A stretch of 32,000 bases of DNA from Mycolicibacterium smegmatis. GTDB lineage: Bacteria; Actinomycetota; Actinomycetes; Mycobacteriales; Mycobacteriaceae. Within the stretch, counting starts at the first letter, position 1. Every line of letters starts with the position of its first letter. Both the position numbers and the translations under genes were made by a program. The notes below the pieces were generated by a model. That model did no database searches, was not told the DNA's origin, and saw only the letters and a program-made list of their open reading frames with translations. The stretch is from NCBI RefSeq assembly GCF_001457595.1, contig NZ_LN831039.1, positions 510,001 to 542,000 on the forward strand. Direction: 5' to 3'. Positions 16,701 to 23,781 of the stretch are shown one piece after another.

Positions 16701-16878
16701 TCCTGCGGACCTCAGAGAGGGCCACTCGCGTGTTACAGGGGGGAACTGCGTTGAAGCGTGGATATGGGCCATCGTTGCTGGTCGGGGTTGCGAGCCGCCG
16801 ATGCCGTGGAGCCGGTCGCGGATTCGAGATCAACACTGCACTGGCACGACAAGGTTGCCGACGTTGACACAGGTGGAC

Positions 16879-17691
16879 ATGGGCAACGTCTCTTACGCTG
16901 CGACGCCGTCCGAACGGGAATCGGTGTGTGGACACACTGCTCTGTACCGTCGCCGATCGGCGCCAGGGGCCCGGACGTCATTCTCGTGCCAGGATGACCT
17001 GCGCGTTGTCCCAGATGACGGAGTCGGTCTGCTGCGGGACACGAGAATCCTCGTCGTCGACGACTCCACGCTGTACCGGGACTACCTCGCCGCGGCGCTC
17101 GCGGCGCATGGTGCGGTCGCTCCCGGCGTCGCCTGGGACGGGCCGTCCCTGCTCGCCTCGTTCGATGCCACCATGCCGCGCGTCATCCTGCTCAACATGG
17201 CCACTCGCGACAGCGCGACACTGCTGAAACAGGCCTTGGCGCTCGGACCGCACACGCGCGTCGTGGTCATCGGGATCGCAGAAGACGACGAAAGCGCGAT
17301 AGTCGCATGCGCGGAAGCCGGTGTGGCCGGCTACCACTCTCGTTCCGAGTCGCTCGACGAGCTCCTCGAACTGATCCACAAGGTAGCTGTGGGCGAGACG
17401 CTGTGTTCGCCGAAGGTTTCAGCAATCCTTCTCAGAAGGCTGTCGACACTGGCCGCCCAACGAGAGCCGGCACCGACAGAACTGGTTCTCACGCGTCGGG
17501 AGATCGAAATCCTGCGCATGCTCGAAGCCGGGCGCACGAACCGTGAGATCGCCGAGCAGCTCTGCATCGCCGTCCACACCGTGAAGAGCCACGTGCACAA
17601 TCTGCTGGCCAAGCTGGGCGTCAGCACGCGCGCGCAGGCGGCCGCGTTGTCCCGCACCATGCGGTACACCGCGGACCCACAAGAGGACTAG
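16879..17691 (+). CDS. LuxR/NarL-family regulator with an atypical (pseudo-)receiver domain
   Basis: The receiver fold reads RILVVDDS ... RVILLNMATRD ... VVVIGIA ... GVAGYHSRS, followed by the LuxR HTH LTRREIEILRMLEAGRTNREIAEQLCIAVHTVKSHVHNLLAKLGV. The phospho-acceptor position is Asn (AAC at 17194-17196). The start is uncertain: ATG 16879 or GTG 16924. The track start at 16690 lies in non-coding-looking DNA. Confidence 0.8.
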   Translation: MGNVSYAATPSERESVCGHTALYRRRSAPGARTSFSCQDDLRVVPDDGVGLLRDTRILVVDDSTLYRDYLAAALAAHGAVAPGVAWDGPSLLASFDATMPRVILLNMATRDSATLLKQALALGPHTRVVVIGIAEDDESAIVACAEAGVAGYHSRSESLDELLELIHKVAVGETLCSPKVSAILLRRLSTLAAQREPAPTELVLTRREIEILRMLEAGRTNREIAEQLCIAVHTVKSHVHNLLAKLGVSTRAQAAALSRTMRYTADPQED

Positions 17692-17856
17692 TCCGCGATC
17701 TAGACCGGTCCGGTCCCCGAAATCGATCCCCAATTCACTCTGATGGCCGATGTGCCAACAGCTTTCGGTGGCTGATAGTGAAGAGGTGTTCATGGGGGTA
17801 GCTGAGCGCCAGGTCGCTCGATCGCTGGAAACAGATCCGAATGAAGGATGTCGCTG

Positions 17857-19644
17857 ATGTGCGGGATCATCGCATGCCGCACGAACCGGCCAGCCGCGGA
17901 CTATCTCCGCGTCGGCCTGCGCAGGCTGGAGTACCGGGGTTACGACTCGGTGGGGGTTGCACTACAGACGGAGGCCGGCACCGTGGCCCGGTTGCGGACG
18001 ACCTCGCGTATCAGTGCACTGGAGTCGCTGCTCGACGAGTGGTCGGGACCGACCTTCGACGGAGTGGGCATCGGCCATACGCGGTGGGCAACACACGGCG
18101 CGGTCACGGAGACCAATGCGCACCCACACAGTGACTGCGGTGGTCGGCTCAGCCTGGTGCACAACGGGATCATCGAGAACGCAACGCAGTTGCGCACCGA
18201 GTTGAGCGCCGCCGGTCACAGGTTCACCTCGACCGTCGACAGCGAAGTGCTGTGCCATCTCATCGAAGACGAGCGGTCGAACGGCGCGGACCTGACCTGC
18301 GCAGTGCAGAACGCACTGGCGAAGGCGAGGGGCTCGTGGGCGCTGGCCGTTCTTGAACACGGCACCGGACGCATCGCCGTCGCGGCATCGGGTTCTCCTC
18401 TCGTCGTGGCGAACACGTCCCACGGTGACTTCGCGACGAGTGACGTCGCGGCCATCGCGGATTGGGCCGACGAGTTCCGTGTCCTCGAAGACGGTGATGT
18501 CGTGGAACTTTCCGTCGACGGCCGGTGGACCAGGGCGGGAATCCTCTCGGCGCCGCCGCCTGCGACACGGTGCACGCTGCGCACCCGTGACGTGGAACTC
18601 GACGGTTACACCGACTTCATGGCCAAAGAGATCGACGAACAACCCGAAGCGGTCGCGAGGGTCCTCGATTCGATGGCAGGCCGGATCGCCACCGGCGCTC
18701 TGTGGCGCGACTTCGGCCTGCCGTCTTTCGAACGGCTCCGTGTGATCGGCTGTGGGACTTCGCTCAACGCTGGCACCGTGATCGGCAACCTCGCGCGTGA
18801 CCTGGGCGGGATTCCGATGGCCACGACGGTGGCGAGTGAAGCGGCCATGGAGGTTTTCGATGCGGGACAGCTGTGGCTGGCCATCAGCCAGTCGGGCGAG
18901 ACCGCGGACGTACTGCGCGCGGTGGAGTCACCGGCGGTGAGCGAATCGTCACTGGTGGCGCTCACCAACAGCGGACACTCGACACTGGCACGCCTGGCCG
19001 ACGCGGTCGTGGGATGTGCGGCCGGCCCCGAAATCGGTGTGGCCGCCACGAAAACATTCGTCTGCCAGGTTGTTTCGGGGAGTGCGCTGATGATCTCCGC
19101 GCTCGTCGCGATGCGGCGGATCTCCGCGGCATCGGCCTCCCGGCTGGTCGACGATCTTCGGCGTCTGCCGGAGCAGCTCGATGCCGCGACCGTGACCGCC
19201 AAGAGCGTCGTACCGCCGATCGCCGAGGAACTCGCCACGGCAGGAGGATTCCTGTTCATCGCTCGCGGACTGGGCCTGCCGTATGCATCCGAAGGTGCGC
19301 TCAAACTCAAGGAACTCACCTACCGGTGGGTCGAGCACTACCCGGCCGGCGAACTGAAACACGGTCCGCTCGCGCTGGTCGGCAACGGAACTCCGGTGAT
19401 CGTCGTCAGCACAGGTGATCCGAAGATCGAAAGCAGCATCGCCGAGATACAGGCCCGCGGCGGACACGTCATCTCGATCGGCTCGGCGGGAAGCACGGTC
19501 GCAGTCACCGACGGGCCGAACGCGCCATGGGGTCCGATCACGGCCACCGTCGCCCTGCAGATCCTTGCACGGACCATGGCTCTGACGTTGGGCCGGGACG
19601 TCGACAAACCACGCAATCTCGCGAAGTCGGTGACGGTGGAATGA
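17857..19644 (+). CDS. glmS: Glutamine--fructose-6-phosphate aminotransferase (isomerising), operon-embedded copy
   Basis: The start is trimmed to give an MCGI N-terminus with the catalytic Cys at position 2. RLEYRGYDSVGVA and GHTRWATHG are present, followed by two SIS domains. The canonical C-terminus LAKSVTVE is present. Confidence 0.9.
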   Translation: MCGIIACRTNRPAADYLRVGLRRLEYRGYDSVGVALQTEAGTVARLRTTSRISALESLLDEWSGPTFDGVGIGHTRWATHGAVTETNAHPHSDCGGRLSLVHNGIIENATQLRTELSAAGHRFTSTVDSEVLCHLIEDERSNGADLTCAVQNALAKARGSWALAVLEHGTGRIAVAASGSPLVVANTSHGDFATSDVAAIADWADEFRVLEDGDVVELSVDGRWTRAGILSAPPPATRCTLRTRDVELDGYTDFMAKEIDEQPEAVARVLDSMAGRIATGALWRDFGLPSFERLRVIGCGTSLNAGTVIGNLARDLGGIPMATTVASEAAMEVFDAGQLWLAISQSGETADVLRAVESPAVSESSLVALTNSGHSTLARLADAVVGCAAGPEIGVAATKTFVCQVVSGSALMISALVAMRRISAASASRLVDDLRRLPEQLDAATVTAKSVVPPIAEELATAGGFLFIARGLGLPYASEGALKLKELTYRWVEHYPAGELKHGPLALVGNGTPVIVVSTGDPKIESSIAEIQARGGHVISIGSAGSTVAVTDGPNAPWGPITATVALQILARTMALTLGRDVDKPRNLAKSVTVE

Positions 19645-20942
19645 AAACCCGAACATCCGGAACATTCGCGGACTCTCAGCAGGAAAACGGGGAAGGAAGA
19701 CTGTTGATCACACTGCAACGCACGACGATTGCCGTCGTGGGACTCGGTTATGTGGGACTGCCCACCGCGCTGGCGTTCGCGGAGATGGGAGCAGAGATCA
19801 TCGGCTGTGACCTCAGCGAGGACCGGCTGGCGAACATCAAGACCGGAGACGTCGACATGCTGCCCCGGGACCGGACACGGCTTCTCCGACAGCTCGATTC
19901 GTTCAAGCTGACCACCGAGCCCAGTGCGATCGGAGTGGCCGACGCGGTCGTGGTGTGCGTCCCGACCCCGGTCGACCCGCATCAGTCCCCGGATCTGCGG
20001 GCGCTGACCGCAGCATGCGCCAACGTGGTGCGGTACGCGACGAAGGGACAACTCCTCGTTCTCACCTCGACGACATACGTGGGGTGCACACACGAGATGC
20101 TCGTCGAACCACTGCAAGCTGCGGGGTTCACGGTCGGCAAGGACATTTTCGTCGCGTTCAGTCCCGAACGCATCGATCCGGGAGTGAAGGATCACGCGCC
20201 GGAGCGGACGCCTCGCGTCGTCGGTGGTGTCACCCCGGCGTGCACGGCCCGCGCCGCAGCCCTGCTGAGGCATACCGCGAGTTCCGTGCACACCGTCTCT
20301 TCTCCCGAGTCCGCGGAGATGACCAAGTTGGTCGAGAACTCGTTCCGTGCGGTCAACATCGCTCTGGCCAACGAGTTCTCGGAAGTAGCCCGCGAACTGA
20401 GCGTCGACGTCATGGAGGTCATCGACGCGGCGGCGACCAAACCGTACGGGTTCATGCCGTTCTATCCGGGCCCGGGCGTCGGCGGCCACTGCATACCGTG
20501 CGATCCGCACTATCTCCTGTGGCAGTTGCGGGCCCGCCGATTCGACTCGCCCCTGATGCGGACAGCGATGACATGCATCGCCGCACGCCCACGCGACGTC
20601 GTGTCGCGGGCCCGGGAGATGCTGGCCGAGCGAGGGAAGCCCACGCAGGGCGCGCGTGTCCTGGTGGTCGGTGTCACGTACAAGCCGGGTGTCGCCGATC
20701 TGCGTGAGTCACCGGCACTGGCGATCATCGACGATCTCACCGCTGCCGGAGCCGTCGTCTCGTTCACCGACCCGCTGGTGCCCATGCTGCGGACGCCACG
20801 GGCCGGAACGCTCACCAATCACCGCTCGCCGGAACACGATGAGTGGGACCTGGTGCTGGTGCACCATTGGGCAGAAGAGCTCAGGGACTGGGTGTCGGCC
20901 CAGCCTGTGGTGCTCGACACCACATTCGGTCGGCGAGGCTGA
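19641..20942 (+). CDS. Nucleotide-sugar dehydrogenase of the WbpA/WbpO/WecC/TviB (UDP-N-acetylhexosamine) branch
   Basis: The ATG overlaps the glmS stop (ATGA at 19641-19644). Motifs are VVGLGYVGLPTA, VPTPV, FSPERIDPG, AEMTKLVENSFRAVNIALANE and AAATKPYGFMPFYPGPGVGGHCIPCDPHYL. The Ugd-type motifs (PEFLREG, GFGGSC.PKD) are absent. Confidence 0.85.
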   Translation: MKTRTSGTFADSQQENGEGRLLITLQRTTIAVVGLGYVGLPTALAFAEMGAEIIGCDLSEDRLANIKTGDVDMLPRDRTRLLRQLDSFKLTTEPSAIGVADAVVVCVPTPVDPHQSPDLRALTAACANVVRYATKGQLLVLTSTTYVGCTHEMLVEPLQAAGFTVGKDIFVAFSPERIDPGVKDHAPERTPRVVGGVTPACTARAAALLRHTASSVHTVSSPESAEMTKLVENSFRAVNIALANEFSEVARELSVDVMEVIDAAATKPYGFMPFYPGPGVGGHCIPCDPHYLLWQLRARRFDSPLMRTAMTCIAARPRDVVSRAREMLAERGKPTQGARVLVVGVTYKPGVADLRESPALAIIDDLTAAGAVVSFTDPLVPMLRTPRAGTLTNHRSPEHDEWDLVLVHHWAEELRDWVSAQPVVLDTTFGRRG

Positions 20943-20944
20943 AC

Positions 20945-22240
20945 GTGGCGACCATAGCGGCGGCAGATCGCACCATCGCCTCGGTGCGGCCGGCAGAGTT
21001 CGGCGTCAAGGTCGTGATCGTCATGACTTTGCTGCTCATCGTGATGCTCATATTCGGGTACAAGGTCGTGAGCCTTCAGAACATGAAGGACGAACCCTTC
21101 TGGGCGGCATACGGACTGGTCATCACCGCGTTCATCTTCACCAGGTTCGGTCTGGCCGCACTGTACCGTCCCCCGCGTCGCGATACCGAGAACTACTGGC
21201 CCGTCGTGGCCATCATCGTTCCCGCGTACAACGAACCCGACATCGCCAGGACACTCCTGCACTGCCTCGGTGTCGACTACCCGCGAGAACTGTTGCGTGT
21301 GGTCGTGGTCGACGACAAGAGCAGTGACGACACCCTGCGGCGGATCACTGATTTTGCCGCAGAGCACCCGAACCTGACGGTGATACCGCATGAAGTCAAC
21401 GGTGGAAAACGCCGGGCGATGGCCACAGGTATGGCAGCCGCTGACGACGCCGATCTGTTCGTCTTCATCGACAGCGACAGCCAGGTGACGCGTGACGCGA
21501 TACGAGTCATCGCATCGTATTTCGCTGACAGCTCGGTCGGCGCGGTGTGCGGGCATACCGACGACACCAACCTGTCCCACAACATCCTGACCCGCATGCA
21601 GGCGATGCAGTACTACATCGCCTTTCGCATCTACAAGTCGGCAGAGGCGTTGTTCGGATCGGTGACCTGCTGCTCGGGTTGCTTCTCGGCATATCGCGCC
21701 GATGCGGTACGGCCCGTGGCCGACAAGTGGTTGAACCAGACATTTCTCGGCCGCCCTTCGACTTTCGGTGACGACCGCAGCCTGACCAACTACCTGTTGC
21801 GGGACTGGCGCGTGCTGTACGCCCCCGACGCGCAGGCCTATACCAATGTGCCCGAACACCTCAAGCAGTTCTTGCGTCAGCAGTTGCGCTGGAAGAAGAG
21901 TTGGCTTCGGGAGGCGCCGCGGGCGATGTGTGCCGTGCGACGCAAGAACCCGGTCATGGTGGTGATGTTCGCTCTGAGCATCGTGCTGCCGTTCATCGCG
22001 CCTCAGGTGGTCATGAGGGCATTCGTCGTCCAACCGCATTTCATAAGTCAACTGCCGTTCTGGTACTTCGGCGGTGTCGCTGCGATCGCCGTCATCTACG
22101 GGCTGTTCTATCGGCTGCACCGACCTGTGAAGCGTTGGTACCAGGGCATTTTCTTCACGATGTTCTACACGATCATCCTTGTGCTGCAGATGCCGTACGC
22201 CATGGTGACGATCCGCGACAGCAAATGGGGGACGCGATGA
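20945..22240 (+). CDS. Processive family-2 glycosyltransferase, class-I hyaluronan-synthase (HasA)/NodC-like polysaccharide synthase
   Basis: The GTG start lies 2 nt after the upstream stop. There are 2 N-terminal and at least 3 C-terminal TM segments. Motifs are VPAYNE, VVVDDKSSD, FIDSDS (DxD), GDDRSLTNY (from 21767) and QQLRWKKSWLRE (from 21878). Confidence 0.85.
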   Translation: MATIAAADRTIASVRPAEFGVKVVIVMTLLLIVMLIFGYKVVSLQNMKDEPFWAAYGLVITAFIFTRFGLAALYRPPRRDTENYWPVVAIIVPAYNEPDIARTLLHCLGVDYPRELLRVVVVDDKSSDDTLRRITDFAAEHPNLTVIPHEVNGGKRRAMATGMAAADDADLFVFIDSDSQVTRDAIRVIASYFADSSVGAVCGHTDDTNLSHNILTRMQAMQYYIAFRIYKSAEALFGSVTCCSGCFSAYRADAVRPVADKWLNQTFLGRPSTFGDDRSLTNYLLRDWRVLYAPDAQAYTNVPEHLKQFLRQQLRWKKSWLREAPRAMCAVRRKNPVMVVMFALSIVLPFIAPQVVMRAFVVQPHFISQLPFWYFGGVAAIAVIYGLFYRLHRPVKRWYQGIFFTMFYTIILVLQMPYAMVTIRDSKWGTR

Positions 22241-23772
22241 GGCACCGTCGGCAACGTAAGAGCTACTCGATGGCGCTCACGGCGGTCTCGGCCAGCCTGG
22301 TCGCGGCGTACCTGGCCGCACCCAGTTACTGGCAGTGGCACCGAGCCGAGGAACGGCAGCAGCGTCTTGAGATCGTCCAGGTCGACACACCGTCGGGCGC
22401 GGTCGATCGACGGTTGGTGCATGAACTGCGCGATGCCACGGTGAGTTCGCAGAGCGCCCCGATCATCATCACCTACCACGACATCGGCTACAACGAATCG
22501 CCCTACACCGTGACGCCGGAGCGGTTCGCCACACAGATGCAACTGATCCACGACGCAGGCTGGACGACGCTGACGATCGACCAACTCGACGGATGGCTGG
22601 ACGGTGATCCGTTACCTCCGCACAGCGTGCTGGTCACCTTCGATGATGGAGCGAAAGGTGTGTGGCGGTATGCGGATCCGGTGCTCGCGCGGTTGGGGAT
22701 GCATGCCGCCGTGTTCCTCATCACCGGGTTCGTCGGAACCCACCAGCCCTACTACATGACGTGGGACGAGATCGGCCAACTGCACTCCAGCGGGCGGTGG
22801 GATCTACAGGTGCACACCCATCTGGGCCATGTCGAGGTGCCGGTCGATGCGGCGGGCAACCAGGCCCCGTTCCTCACCAGCCTGCAGTGGCTCGCCGACC
22901 ATGGCAGGAAAGAGACGCAGCAGGAGTACCACCGGCGGGTGCTGCAGGATCTCTCGGAATGCAAGCGACAGTTCCGCGCACACGGATTGCCCGAGCCGAG
23001 CTACTTCGCCTATCCGTTCTCTGCCCACGAGGGGGAATCCGAGGAAACCGAGCCACTGCAGGAGATCGTGACGTCGCTGTACCGCATGGCGCTGCTCGAT
23101 GATGCACTGGAGATCAGGACGAGCTCCAGCAGCGATGTGCAGGCCGGGATGATCCAGCGCATGGACATCGTCGCTGCCACCAGCACCGATCTGCTCGTCG
23201 ACAAGCTGGAGCAGGCCAGCCCGATCGACCCGAAGGCGTCGCGTCCGTTCGCTGACCCGACCGGGTGGGTCGACGGCACCAACAACCCGGCACCGGTCGA
23301 CCTCGATGCCGACACCCTGCAGATCAACCCCGACCCAGGCGAAGAGGTGATCCGGACCTACGCGCCGATTCGCAGCACGATGTGGACCGACTACACCATC
23401 GAAGTCGACGTGAGCGGTTTCGCTCCGGACGACTGGACGACGGCCGGCGTCACCGTGCTCAAGCCCAGCCGGGCGCCTTTCGACGGCAACGTCTCACAAC
23501 AGGTCGATGTGCGGATTCGCGGGAACTCGTTCGGTATCGGCCGCAGTTCGAAGGAGTTCGCAGATCACCCTCTCCTGCAGGGGAATTCGCACCACGTCGT
23601 CATCGATGTCACGGCGCAGCGGGTCACCGTCAGCGTCGACGGTGACATACCCCAGGTGATTGAACTGGACAGCAACCGGTCCCGCGGTGTCGGAGGCGGG
23701 GTGTCGTTCTGGGCGTACCGGCAGTCCGAGGCCAGCCCGCCGATCGTGTTCTCGAACCTCACGATTCGCTAG
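22237..23772 (+). CDS. Membrane-anchored polysaccharide deacetylase (NodB homology) fused to a C-terminal ConA/LamG-like (DUF1080-like) domain
   Basis: The ATG overlaps the GT2 stop (ATGA at 22237-22240). An N-terminal TM anchor is present. NodB motifs are TFDDG (22636-22650) and HTHLGH. About 130 C-terminal residues (roughly 23380-23769) have a beta-sandwich-like pattern ending GGGVSFWAY....IVFSNLTIR. Confidence 0.75.
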   Translation: MRHRRQRKSYSMALTAVSASLVAAYLAAPSYWQWHRAEERQQRLEIVQVDTPSGAVDRRLVHELRDATVSSQSAPIIITYHDIGYNESPYTVTPERFATQMQLIHDAGWTTLTIDQLDGWLDGDPLPPHSVLVTFDDGAKGVWRYADPVLARLGMHAAVFLITGFVGTHQPYYMTWDEIGQLHSSGRWDLQVHTHLGHVEVPVDAAGNQAPFLTSLQWLADHGRKETQQEYHRRVLQDLSECKRQFRAHGLPEPSYFAYPFSAHEGESEETEPLQEIVTSLYRMALLDDALEIRTSSSSDVQAGMIQRMDIVAATSTDLLVDKLEQASPIDPKASRPFADPTGWVDGTNNPAPVDLDADTLQINPDPGEEVIRTYAPIRSTMWTDYTIEVDVSGFAPDDWTTAGVTVLKPSRAPFDGNVSQQVDVRIRGNSFGIGRSSKEFADHPLLQGNSHHVVIDVTAQRVTVSVDGDIPQVIELDSNRSRGVGGGVSFWAYRQSEASPPIVFSNLTIR

Positions 23773-23781
23773 GGGCTGCAG

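Noticed and set aside
17805-17812. AGCGCCAG about 50 nt upstream of glmS resembles the 5' cleavage-site/P1 sequence of the glmS ribozyme
   Set aside because: A glmS ribozyme needs roughly 150 nt of conserved core downstream of this site (GACGAGGA.., CGGCGGA.. blocks). Only about 45 nt remain before the start codon, and those blocks are absent. This is probably a chance 8-mer match.
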